A DNA stretch of 44,314 nucleotides from the IMG/VR virus record IMGVR_UViG_3300048852_000021, positions 1 to 44,314 of that record; one strand, written 5' to 3'. Position 1 is the stretch's first letter. The number at the start of each line of letters is the position of its first letter. This stretch comes from a virus (taxonomy: Duplodnaviria; Caudoviricetes). Of the stretch, positions 25,235 to 34,402 are shown one piece after another. The position numbers were made by a program, and so were the translations under genes. Below the pieces are notes generated by a model. That model did not search any database, had not been told where the DNA came from, and saw only the letters and a list, made by a program, of their open reading frames with translations.

Positions 25235-26953
25235 ATGAGCGGCCTGCTCTCCGACGAGGAGTTCGACCGGCGGCTGGCCGCCCGTGACCCGTGGGCGGCG
25301 CCGCTCACGCGCATGGGCGGCACCACCATCGAGCCCCGTCAGGGGAAGCTGTCCGCGCGCGGCCTGCTGGATCTCCTGCCGACGCTGGAGGACGTGCGGG
25401 CCGGCTACATCGGCGCCCTGGCGGGGATCGAGTTCCCGCCTGGCGCCGAGGTGCTGCAGACCGACACCACCGAGAGTGGTTACCTGCTGGCCCTGCCGGA
25501 TGGTCGCATCGTCGACCCCGCCACCCTGCCGCGCCGGGGCGCGGTGCTGCCGGTGGCCAGCGATCCCGGGACGGGGGAGCTGTCCCTCGCCGTGCCCCGG
25601 GCGCTGGACGTGTTCCCCGTGACCGCGGGAGGCCCGGCCGGCAGCCTGGGCGCAGGCGCGAGCCGCAGGGCCGCCAGGCGCGCCACGGAAGCCGCGGAGG
25701 AGGCACCTGCCGCGGCAGCCCTCGCCACGCCGTCCATCGCCTCCGGCGACGACCTGGCTGGCACCATCTGGCAGCTGCGCCAGGACCAGAACGCGCTGCC
25801 CCCTGCCGAGCGCCTGCAGCCCGGCAGCACCGCCGGCTTCTTCCGCGAGCCGACTATGGCCGACCGGGTCGACGTGCCCCAGGAGATCGGCGGGCGTATC
25901 GACGAGCTGCGGCTGGGGAACCTGTCGGCCGGGCCTCGCGGGCGCCAGGCCGAGTATCCCGGCGGGGGAGGGGCCCGCGCACTGATCGAGCGCCAGGACG
26001 AGCTGGCCGACGCCATTGCCGGCGACCTGGCGAACGCCGGCCGCCTCGCCCGCGGCCAGGCCGCGCCTGGCGCCACGACGCGCGACCGCATCGGCGCCAA
26101 CGCCGGCCTGTTCTATCGGCTGGGGCCGATCTACGACCGGCTGCGCGCCGATGGCCTGCCGCACGACGAGGCGGTGCAGTGGCTGCGCCAGCAGGGGCTG
26201 GCCATCGCCGGCACCTCGCCGCGCACCGACACCGTCCAGAACGTGCTGAACGCCAGCCTGCTGCGCCAGCGCATCGCCCAGGGCCTGCCGGTCGACGCCG
26301 CGACGATGGAGCGCGAGGCCGGGCCCGGCTACCGGATGATCTACGGCACGCACCCGGCCCTAACCGAACGCCTGCTGACCGGCCGCGCGAACATGGGCGA
26401 CAACCCCAAGCCCATCGTGTTCGGGGAGAACATCGCAGGCGACCTGTCAGGCGTGACGGCGGACGTCCACAACGTCCGCGCCACCCTGCTGCGGTTCAAT
26501 GATCTGTTCCCCGGCGAGCTGCCGCGCTCCGCCTTCCTGAACGATGAGGCCTTCCAGGCCTATCGCGACAGCGGCGGCAAGATGCCCGACCGGGCGCTGC
26601 GCCAGATCACGCGCGACATGCCGGGCGCCATCACGCACGCCGGTCAGCGTGTGCCCGTCGAGTATCCGGTCTACCACGACATCACCAGCGGCGTGGCCGA
26701 CAGGCTGGGCGTCTCCCCCGCCGATGCGCAGGCGATGATGTGGTTCTTCTACGGCGACCGCACCGGCCTGCGGAGCCCGCCCCAGACGATCCCTGGCCTG
26801 TTGAACCAGCGGCTGGATGTCACCGGCCAGGCGCTGGGCATCGCGCCTGATCAGCTGTGGCCGATGTACCGCGATGCGCAGATCCCGCTGCTGTCGGCCG
26901 TCCCCGCAGGGCCGCTGATCCCGGGTCTGCTGGAGGAGGAGGAGCGGGAGTGA
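25235..26953 (+). CDS. Probable virion-cargo protein with a C-terminal HhH-GPD glycosylase-like domain
   Basis: GTSP...QN, NPK..VFGENI.G...VTADVHNVR, Y...A.RLGVSPADAQAMMW; GLL at both termini. Confidence 0.6.
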   Translation: MSGLLSDEEFDRRLAARDPWAAPLTRMGGTTIEPRQGKLSARGLLDLLPTLEDVRAGYIGALAGIEFPPGAEVLQTDTTESGYLLALPDGRIVDPATLPRRGAVLPVASDPGTGELSLAVPRALDVFPVTAGGPAGSLGAGASRRAARRATEAAEEAPAAAALATPSIASGDDLAGTIWQLRQDQNALPPAERLQPGSTAGFFREPTMADRVDVPQEIGGRIDELRLGNLSAGPRGRQAEYPGGGGARALIERQDELADAIAGDLANAGRLARGQAAPGATTRDRIGANAGLFYRLGPIYDRLRADGLPHDEAVQWLRQQGLAIAGTSPRTDTVQNVLNASLLRQRIAQGLPVDAATMEREAGPGYRMIYGTHPALTERLLTGRANMGDNPKPIVFGENIAGDLSGVTADVHNVRATLLRFNDLFPGELPRSAFLNDEAFQAYRDSGGKMPDRALRQITRDMPGAITHAGQRVPVEYPVYHDITSGVADRLGVSPADAQAMMWFFYGDRTGLRSPPQTIPGLLNQRLDVTGQALGIAPDQLWPMYRDAQIPLLSAVPAGPLIPGLLEEEERE

Positions 26954-27237
26954 TGGAGCGGAGTCCCGAGGCCGCGCTGGCGGAAGCCGAAACCAACGCC
27001 GTGCAGGCACGGGCGCTGATGCAGCACCCTGCGATGCAGCGCGCCTTCTCGCTGGTGGAGCAGAAGCTGACCGATGGGTGGAAGAACACCAGCCCTCTGG
27101 CGAAGGACGAGCGCGAGCTGGCCTGGCAGATGCTGCAGGCCCTGGAGGCGGTCAAGAAGGAAATCGCGGTCGCCATTGTGGCGCCCGAGATCGTGCGGAG
27201 GAACACGCGCTCCGCACGCACTGCGAAGAGGAATTGA
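26953..27237 (+). CDS. Conserved small pre-scaffold head protein
   Basis: ARALMQHP.MQRAF...W......ERE.AW.ML.AL; TGATG coupling. Confidence 0.75.
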   Translation: MERSPEAALAEAETNAVQARALMQHPAMQRAFSLVEQKLTDGWKNTSPLAKDERELAWQMLQALEAVKKEIAVAIVAPEIVRRNTRSARTAKRN

Positions 27238-27238
27238 G

Positions 27239-28306
27239 ATGAACGTCAAGACGACCGACACCCCCAGCACGGGGACCGGCGTCGATGGGGCTGCCGCCGC
27301 CATCGAACGCATGCTGGCCCGCGAGAGCGGGGAACCCGATGCGCGCGAGCAGCGCCGGAAGCCCGCCCCTGCCGAGGCCGGTGAGGCCGAGGCGCAGCAG
27401 GCCGACGACGAGGACGAGACGCAGGGCGAGCCTGAAACCGAGGAGCAGGACACCCCCGAAGAGGAGGAAGCTGCTGCCGAGGAAGATGATGAGCCCGAGT
27501 CCGAGGAGGAGGCCGAGCCCGAGGAGCAGGAAACCGAGGAGCAGCCCGATCCCGCCAAGCAGCTGGTCACCGTCAAGATCGACGGCAAAGACGAGCAGCT
27601 TCCGCTGGAGGAGGTGATCCGCGGCTACCAGCGCCAGGCTGACTACACGCGCAAGACGCAGGCCCTGGCCGATGAACGCAAGTCGTTCGAGGCCGAGGCA
27701 ACTGCAGTTCGGACGGAGCGCAACCAGTACGGCACCCTCTTGGTGGCTCTGCAGCGGCAGCTTGAAGCCCTGCAGCCCAAAGAACCGGACTGGCAGAAGC
27801 TCTATGAAGAGAACCCGCTGGAGTATGTGCGCCAGAGGGATGTGTGGCGGGAGCGGCAGGACCGCATCGCCGCAGCAAAGGCCGAGCAGCAGCGGTTGCT
27901 CGCGATTCACCAGACGGAGACTGCTGAACAGCGTCAGCAGCACCTCCGTGAGGAACGCGACAAGCTGTGGGCGGCCAATCCCGCCTGGAAGGACGAGGGG
28001 AAGTGGAAGGAGGCGCGGCAGCAGATCCGCGAATACGGCCGGGCGCAGGGCTGGACTGACGAACAGCTCTCCGACGTCACGGACCATCGCGCGATCCTCA
28101 CTCTGTGGAAGGCCATGCAGTTCGACAAGGCCATGAGGCAGAAGCCGCCGGCTCCGAAGCCCCCTCAGTCGCGCACGACTGCTCCTGCGCCTGGCGCGCG
28201 CACCGTGGTGCCCCGCGCCGTGTCCGATCTCACTCGCGCGAAGCAGCGTCTCGCCAAAACCCACGACGTCCGCGACGCCGCGGCCGTTATCGAACGCCTC
28301 TTGTAG
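27239..28306 (+). CDS. Capsid scaffolding protein
   Basis: Acidic N-half, VKIDG...LEE..RGYQRQADYTRKTQALA, C-terminal RLAKT..VRDAAAVI. Confidence 0.9.
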   Translation: MNVKTTDTPSTGTGVDGAAAAIERMLARESGEPDAREQRRKPAPAEAGEAEAQQADDEDETQGEPETEEQDTPEEEEAAAEEDDEPESEEEAEPEEQETEEQPDPAKQLVTVKIDGKDEQLPLEEVIRGYQRQADYTRKTQALADERKSFEAEATAVRTERNQYGTLLVALQRQLEALQPKEPDWQKLYEENPLEYVRQRDVWRERQDRIAAAKAEQQRLLAIHQTETAEQRQQHLREERDKLWAANPAWKDEGKWKEARQQIREYGRAQGWTDEQLSDVTDHRAILTLWKAMQFDKAMRQKPPAPKPPQSRTTAPAPGARTVVPRAVSDLTRAKQRLAKTHDVRDAAAVIERLL

Positions 28307-28319
28307 GAGAACCCAACTC

Positions 28320-29285
28320 ATGCCGAAGGTAACCAATGCCTTCAGCACTTACAGCGCCCAGGCGAACCGTGAGGATCTGTCCGATGTGATCTATAACATC
28401 GACCCCTCCGATACGCCTTTTATCACCCTCGCTGGCACGCGCAGCGTGTCCAACGTGACGTTCGACTGGCAGACCGAGGCGCTGCCCGCGGTCAACAAGT
28501 CGAACAAGCAGCTGGAAGGCTTCGAGCTGTCGCGCTCCGCCGGCCAGCCGACCGTGCGCCTGAACAACGTCTGCCAGATCAGCATGCGCGATGCGACCGT
28601 CACCGGCTCGCAGAACAAGGCGAACGCGGCGGGCAAGCGCAAGGAAATGTCCCACCAGATCGCTCTGAAGGGCAAGGCCCTGAAGCGCGACATGGAGGCC
28701 ATCCTGTGCGGCGAGCAGGCACGCAACGACGGCGAGGATGACGCCTCGCCCGTCGAGCGCGCGACCCGCGCGCTGGAGCATTGGCTGACCACCAATGCCA
28801 GCTACGGGGCGGGCGGCGCCAATCCCGTGAGCGCGACTGCTGCGATCACCGATGGCACCCTCCGCGAGTTCACGGAGATCCTGCTCGCGGACATGATCCA
28901 GCAGGCCTACGAGAACGGCTCTGAGCCCAACACCCTGCTGCTTGGCCCCTATGCCAAGCGGAAGTTTTCGGGCTTCACCGGCCGCGCGCTGTCCCGCGTG
29001 AAGGTCGACAAGGATGAGATCGTGGCGGCTGCCGACACGTATCTCTCCGACTTCGGTGAGCTGACCGCGATGCCGTCGCGGTGGGTTCGCCCGCGCACGG
29101 TGTTCGGCGTCGACCGCCGCTTTGTGGCGGTCGCCTACTACCGGAAGTTCGAGCGCGACGATCTCGGCAAGATCGGTGACGCCGACACCAAGATGATCAT
29201 CTCCGAGTACGGCTTGGAGATGAAGAACGAGAAGGCTCACTTCAAGCTGGCCGACATCGCGCCCAGCCTGGCCCAGGAGCCGTAA
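28320..29285 (+). CDS. Major capsid protein (DUF5309/SU10-like)
   Basis: NREDLSDVIYNIDP.DTPF, WQT, N.CQI, LKRDME, Y.SDFG, LGKIGD, EYGL..KNEKAH. Confidence 0.93.
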   Translation: MPKVTNAFSTYSAQANREDLSDVIYNIDPSDTPFITLAGTRSVSNVTFDWQTEALPAVNKSNKQLEGFELSRSAGQPTVRLNNVCQISMRDATVTGSQNKANAAGKRKEMSHQIALKGKALKRDMEAILCGEQARNDGEDDASPVERATRALEHWLTTNASYGAGGANPVSATAAITDGTLREFTEILLADMIQQAYENGSEPNTLLLGPYAKRKFSGFTGRALSRVKVDKDEIVAAADTYLSDFGELTAMPSRWVRPRTVFGVDRRFVAVAYYRKFERDDLGKIGDADTKMIISEYGLEMKNEKAHFKLADIAPSLAQEP

Positions 29286-29293
29286 TCGCAACT

Positions 29294-29322
29294 GGCGGCG
29301 GGTGCATTGCGCCCGCCGCCTT
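29294..29322 (+). terminator. GC hairpin after the capsid gene
   Basis: GGCGGCGGGTGC-ATT-GCGCCCGCCGCC-TT. Confidence 0.6.
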
Positions 29323-29341
29323 ACATCAGGAGCACAAGGCC

Positions 29342-29644
29342 TTGCGTCGCGCGATATACGACCAGTTTGGCGGCATCATCCGCCACGTCGAGTTCAACCC
29401 GAACGACGAGAACGGGGTGACGCACTTTGTCACCACGCAGGACGTCGACGGCATCCTCGATGCCAATGCGCGCGACGCATCTGTCGACCAGAGCAAGCGC
29501 AAGTTCCGGCATGTCGCCCGCATCCCTCTCGCGGTGCTCGACGAGCTGCTGCGCACCGGCAAGTTCCACGACCGCGCATACATGCGCCGCTTCCTGAACG
29601 ACATCGACAACCGCCGCCTGCGGACCTGGCAGGGGAGGCTCTGA
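29342..29644 (+). CDS. Conserved post-capsid virion protein
   Basis: QDV..IL..N...RHVARIP...FLND.DN..LRT..GRL; AGGAG RBS and TTG start. Confidence 0.75.
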   Translation: MRRAIYDQFGGIIRHVEFNPNDENGVTHFVTTQDVDGILDANARDASVDQSKRKFRHVARIPLAVLDELLRTGKFHDRAYMRRFLNDIDNRRLRTWQGRL

Positions 29645-30270
29645 TGGCGTTCGAGAACTACTCCGCCCTGGTGGCCAGCATCACCTCCTGGCTGATGAAC
29701 AGGCAGGATCTCGCCACGCAGATCCCGGAGTTCATCGCGCTGGCAGAGGCCGACCTGAACACCCGCCTGCGGGATCGCCGCATGCACAAGCGGGTCGAGG
29801 CGACCACCACCTGCGCCACCGTTAAGCTGCCGAAGGACTGGCTGGAAGCCGTGGAGGTGCATGTCGTCGGCTGCAGGCCGCTGAACGTGCTGTCTCTGGA
29901 TCAGCTGCACAGCATGCGCGCCCAGTACGCCATGCATCGCCCTCCGCATCCTGTGGGCTTCGCCTTCGTCGATAGCGCCGTCGAGTTCGTGCCGGCGCCG
30001 TCCGAGAGCAGGCCCGAGAAAATCCGCATGACCTACTTCTCCCGCCTGCCGCCGCTGGGCGAGGAGAACGCGACCAACTGGGCGCTGGAGCAGGAACCCA
30101 GCCTCTACCTCTACGGCGCGCTGCTGCAGGCAGCGCCCTTCCTGATCGACGACGAGCGCGTCGATACGTGGCGGAAGCTCTACGAGCCCCGCATCGCGTC
30201 CCTGAACGCTGCCAGCAAGGTCGCCCTGCACAGCGGCGGCACACTCAAGCGCAACAAGAGGAGCTTCTGA
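29644..30270 (+). CDS. Head-tail adaptor (tail tubular A-like)
   Basis: NYS.L...I..WL.RQDL...IPEFI.LAEA.LN..LR...TNW.L...P.LYLYGAL..AAPFL.DDER. Confidence 0.88.
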   Translation: MAFENYSALVASITSWLMNRQDLATQIPEFIALAEADLNTRLRDRRMHKRVEATTTCATVKLPKDWLEAVEVHVVGCRPLNVLSLDQLHSMRAQYAMHRPPHPVGFAFVDSAVEFVPAPSESRPEKIRMTYFSRLPPLGEENATNWALEQEPSLYLYGALLQAAPFLIDDERVDTWRKLYEPRIASLNAASKVALHSGGTLKRNKRSF

Positions 30271-30272
30271 TC

Positions 30273-30710
30273 ATGTCCTCCCTGACCAACTTTGCTGAGA
30301 ACAAGCTGACCGACCACATGTTCCGCAATCAGCCGCTGAACCTGCCGGCGAGCTGGTATGTGGCGCTGTTCACTACCACGCCGACCGACGCGGGCGGCGG
30401 CACGGAGGTGACCGGCCAGGGCTATGCGCGTGTCGCCATCACCCGCAGCCTGGCGAACTTCGCCGGCACGCAGGGCAGCGGCACGACCGATGCCTCCAAT
30501 GGCACCAGCGGCACGACCAGCAACAACAACGAGGTGCAGTTCGGCGCGCCGACCGCCGACTGGGGCACCATCGTCGCCATCGGCATTATGGATGCCGCCG
30601 AGGGCGGGAACATGTGGGCATACGGCCCGCTCGCGCAGGCCAAGACGGTCAACAACAACGACCCCGCGCCGAAGTTCGAGGCGGGCGCCCTGCAGATTGT
30701 CACGGCGTAA
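30273..30710 (+). CDS. Small tail-fibre subunit
   Basis: SLTNFAENKL.DH...YVALFT..P.DAGGGTEV.G.GYARV...F..PTADWGTI...D...GGN. Confidence 0.8.
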   Translation: MSSLTNFAENKLTDHMFRNQPLNLPASWYVALFTTTPTDAGGGTEVTGQGYARVAITRSLANFAGTQGSGTTDASNGTSGTTSNNNEVQFGAPTADWGTIVAIGIMDAAEGGNMWAYGPLAQAKTVNNNDPAPKFEAGALQIVTA

Positions 30711-30757
30711 GCCGCGACACCCGCAAACCCGCAACTCGATGAGCACGGAGGTCGACC

Positions 30758-33700
30758 GTGGCCGTCTTTACCGTCACGCAGGGTGCTAGCGCACCGGTCG
30801 CGCAGACCATCGAGGGCTTCGCCCTCGATGTGGACCAGATCCTTGTCTATACCGACAGCTCTGGTTACGTGCCGTGGATCGTCGAGGAGACGCGCGACGA
30901 CGTTGCAGGCACTGTGTTCACCTACTGGTGGGACCGCGAGGTGTGGCTGCCCGGCGTGACGGGCGCCACCACCTACACGCAGTTCACTCAGCCCGCCAAC
31001 CCCGAGCGTTATCTGGAGCTGGTGCCGCCCGGCGCGGGCGTTGTGTTCGAGCCGACACCCGGTGCAGGCGCTCCTTGGACGACTACGGTTCTCAGCCAGG
31101 CCATCCCCACCATCAAGTGGGTGGTGGTCGACAGTGAGCACGTATGGCGCGACGGTGGCCATGACGTCGCCACGACCGGCAGCGTGGAGATCACGCCGAC
31201 CTTCGTGGAGACTGGCGACTACCTGATGGTCATGGACGCCAACGACATCCTGTTCTCGGTGATCACCTCCGCGGTGACCGTCGTCGAGGGCGAGGAGGGT
31301 GGGGGCGAGGATGCGGGTGCCGGCCCCCCTGCAGGGTGGGTGAAGGTCGTCAACGATCAGTTCGACGGCACCTCACTGAACACCAGCATCTGGCGCCACC
31401 CCGACTATGGCGTGTGGCAGCAGCCGAGCGCGAGCGCCTGGTACGACCGGACCAATCACACCCGGCTCCAGGGCGGCGAGTGCATCTGCAGCCAGGACTG
31501 GGTGAATGGTGCCTATCGCGTCTCTGGCCAGCAGCAGGGGATGCAGAACAGCGACCCCAACGCCTATGGCTACCATCCGGGCTACATGGATTTCCATGTC
31601 CGCTTTCGTGCGCGGTACAGCCACCTGCACGCGCCGGGCGTTGGCTGGTACTTCCTCATGTGGCCGGCGGATAACCGCTGGACCACCGAGTTCGACATTC
31701 TGGAGACGCCGGGCGACGGCAGCGGGAACAAGACCCGCATGCAGTCGACAATCCATTTCAACCCGCTGGGCGATGGCCCGATCAGCGGCAACCTGGGTAC
31801 GGCCAGACACGACGCTTCGGAGACGTACAAGGAAGGCATTGACCTTAGCCAGTGGCACATCTTTGAGGCCCGCCGCACCATCGACAACCAGGGGCGCGCG
31901 ACGCTTACGGTGTGGATCGACGGCGAGCAGCTGCCGCGCCCCGCGAAGTGGGTGAACAACCCGCGCATGAGCGAGCCCATGATGATGGGCTTCTCCGGCT
32001 TCGCGATGAATGGCGGCTGGTATGGGCCTGGCTGGGGCGGCGGCACACCCGCGACGCTGAACTATGCGGCGCATCTCAGCGAGGTTGAGCTGTGGGTTCC
32101 CGGCGATGGTGTGCCGGCGACCGAGCACCTGCTGGAAGCGACGCTTTCTGCCTCCGTCTCGGTCGAGGGCGAGCTGCCCCTGCTGCCGGGTGAGGGCCGC
32201 ACCTTCACCTTCACGCCGAACCAGGGGGCGGGCGGGTTCGTCATCATTCCCGACTTTGTGCTGGGCACCGACCGCATCGTCATCAACCAGATCGACGACT
32301 ACGGCCCCTGGGTGCTGCAGACGACGCGCAGCGGTGTGCTGGGCACCGAGTATCGCTATTGGTGGAACAACAACGTCGTCTGGCTGCCTGGTGTCATCGG
32401 CGCCACAGCAGAGAAGATCGAGAACCCTGAGACGGTTCCGACCGAGATCCCGTTCGTAGCCACCCTGCAGCTTGGTGTGAACGCCTCCGCAAACCTGACG
32501 CTCGACGCGGCTCCGCCGCAGGTTGGGCGCGTGTTCACCACCACGCCCAACCAGACCGGCTACATCACCGTCGAGGACTTCGTCGTCGGTGTGGACCGCA
32601 TCGAGAACCACCCCATCGACGGCTATGTGCCCTGGGTGCGCCCGTTCACCGTCAATGGCGTGGCGGGTGTCGAGTACCGCTATTGGTATAACGAGAACGA
32701 CAATGCGGTCTGGCTGCCCGGCATCACGGGCGTGACGCGTGAGCAGCTGGAGAACGTAACGCCGCAGCCGATCCTGCTGCGCTCGACCGTGTCGCCGCTG
32801 GCCCTGCACCTGATGGGCGACCTGACCGCGGAGCAGGATGCAACCGGCGTTCCGCTTGCGGCGACGCTCGACATGTCGTTCTCCATGGGCGCCACGCTGG
32901 AGGTTCCCGACTTCAATCCGGTGCGGCTCCACCTGCTGGTGCGCGGCCAGAGCAATGCGCGCTACCTCATGGAGAGCAGTGGCGGGTTCGAGGGTCAGGC
33001 GCGCCTGCGCAGCGAGATCGAGCGGCTGCTGGGTTTCGACGGTGTCAGTTCGCAGGTGGTGTTCATCTACGAACGCCTGGATCAGGCGACCGCGACGGTC
33101 GCAGAGAACGCCGCCTTCGTCGGCGGCTGGGTCCAGCGTAGCGGTAACGATTGGGCACCGCTGGCGCCCCTGGATGCGCTGACTGCCAGGATCAACCTGC
33201 TCTCACCCGCCGACAAGGCGGAGCCGGCCGCGGTGATCTGGCTGCACAGCGACGGGGACGCACAGGCCGGCGTCTCCGCCGCCGAATGGGCTTCCGCGGT
33301 GCGCTTCGACGCGGCGCGGGTGCGCGCGATGTGGGGCAAGACCCCCGCCGAGCTGCCCTATCTCTTCGTCGATGCGCTGCCCGTGTGGGCGCCCGATGCG
33401 GGCCACCAGGCGATTCGCCAGGGCATGGAGAGCCTGGTGGAAGATCCGACCTTCGGGGCCACCATCGCCGCCCGGGGGCTCGACATCAATGCCACCCGCC
33501 AGAACACGGATGGCAATGTCTCGACCGTGGACTACGGCGGCACCCGCATCGACGACGCCGATGTGCTGCAGCTGGCGGACCGCATTGCGCGGGTGGTGGC
33601 GGCTGGCTACCGCAACTTGGCGCGCATTGGCGCCCCTGTCTCCCTGCAGGGCCTGAACTTCCGCTGGCGGGGCCCGCAGGTGGTGCTGGCTGATCCCGTG

Positions 33701-34396
33701 GAGTGGAACCGCCTCCTGCTGACGGTCGACCACCAGGGTGCCCCTGCTGGGCTGCAGACCCTGGGTGCCGCCGCGGAGGCCGGCGTCGGCTGGTCGGTGC
33801 GCGACGGCTCGACGGTGCGCGTGGCCACCGCCGCGGAGCTGATCGACGGCAGCAACCTGCTGGTCACCTTCGACGGCGCTCTGCCGACGAACGGCCTGCT
33901 GTTCTACGGCTACGGCTATGGGCGCCTGGCGGGCGCTGACGGGCGCGGCCGGGGGAATGCCGTCTATGACCTTGCCGCCCTGCCGATATGGGTCTCGGCA
34001 GACGGCCTGGGCCTGGCTGGCGTGCCTCCGCAGGAGCCGGGTGGCGATCCGCCCGACCCGGTGCTGTTCCAGGCAACCGTGCAGGCCACGGTGACCTTGA
34101 CGGCGGATCTGTCGACCTACCGGTTGCTCGCGGCGAACCTGGCCGCAGGGCTCACCTTGCAGGGCGATCTGACGCTCACCCCTGACATGCTGCTGCAGGG
34201 CACCCTGCAGGTGGGCATGGCGCTGCAGGGCAGCCTGGCCACCGCGATCACCATGGATGCGGCACTGCCGGTCACCGTGACCCTGTCGGCACCGGAGCTG
34301 TCGCGCCCCAACAACGCATGGGAACCGCTCCACCCCAGCGATACCTGCGCGGTTTGGCTGCCCGCTGCCAGCCCCTGCGGGCCCGGGGAGGAGTAA
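30758..34396 (+). CDS. 1212-aa multidomain fibre/receptor-binding protein (GH16 + SGNH-like + repeated modules)
   Basis: GH16-type WP....W..EFDILE at 31688; GQSN at 32945; three WLPG(V/I)-containing modules; located in the tail module. Confidence 0.8.
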   Translation: MAVFTVTQGASAPVAQTIEGFALDVDQILVYTDSSGYVPWIVEETRDDVAGTVFTYWWDREVWLPGVTGATTYTQFTQPANPERYLELVPPGAGVVFEPTPGAGAPWTTTVLSQAIPTIKWVVVDSEHVWRDGGHDVATTGSVEITPTFVETGDYLMVMDANDILFSVITSAVTVVEGEEGGGEDAGAGPPAGWVKVVNDQFDGTSLNTSIWRHPDYGVWQQPSASAWYDRTNHTRLQGGECICSQDWVNGAYRVSGQQQGMQNSDPNAYGYHPGYMDFHVRFRARYSHLHAPGVGWYFLMWPADNRWTTEFDILETPGDGSGNKTRMQSTIHFNPLGDGPISGNLGTARHDASETYKEGIDLSQWHIFEARRTIDNQGRATLTVWIDGEQLPRPAKWVNNPRMSEPMMMGFSGFAMNGGWYGPGWGGGTPATLNYAAHLSEVELWVPGDGVPATEHLLEATLSASVSVEGELPLLPGEGRTFTFTPNQGAGGFVIIPDFVLGTDRIVINQIDDYGPWVLQTTRSGVLGTEYRYWWNNNVVWLPGVIGATAEKIENPETVPTEIPFVATLQLGVNASANLTLDAAPPQVGRVFTTTPNQTGYITVEDFVVGVDRIENHPIDGYVPWVRPFTVNGVAGVEYRYWYNENDNAVWLPGITGVTREQLENVTPQPILLRSTVSPLALHLMGDLTAEQDATGVPLAATLDMSFSMGATLEVPDFNPVRLHLLVRGQSNARYLMESSGGFEGQARLRSEIERLLGFDGVSSQVVFIYERLDQATATVAENAAFVGGWVQRSGNDWAPLAPLDALTARINLLSPADKAEPAAVIWLHSDGDAQAGVSAAEWASAVRFDAARVRAMWGKTPAELPYLFVDALPVWAPDAGHQAIRQGMESLVEDPTFGATIAARGLDINATRQNTDGNVSTVDYGGTRIDDADVLQLADRIARVVAAGYRNLARIGAPVSLQGLNFRWRGPQVVLADPVEWNRLLLTVDHQGAPAGLQTLGAAAEAGVGWSVRDGSTVRVATAAELIDGSNLLVTFDGALPTNGLLFYGYGYGRLAGADGRGRGNAVYDLAALPIWVSADGLGLAGVPPQEPGGDPPDPVLFQATVQATVTLTADLSTYRLLAANLAAGLTLQGDLTLTPDMLLQGTLQVGMALQGSLATAITMDAALPVTVTLSAPELSRPNNAWEPLHPSDTCAVWLPAASPCGPGEE

Positions 34397-34402
34397 GGGC
34401 CG

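Noticed and set aside
4138-29322. Inversion between the twin hairpins explaining the central integrase
   Set aside because: Inverting this segment would split the late operon and still not bring int next to att.
22420-31280. Diversity-generating retroelement (TR/VR pair) explaining the duplicated fibre domain
   Set aside because: No reverse transcriptase in the window; differences are not adenine-specific and both copies are coding with synonymous divergence.
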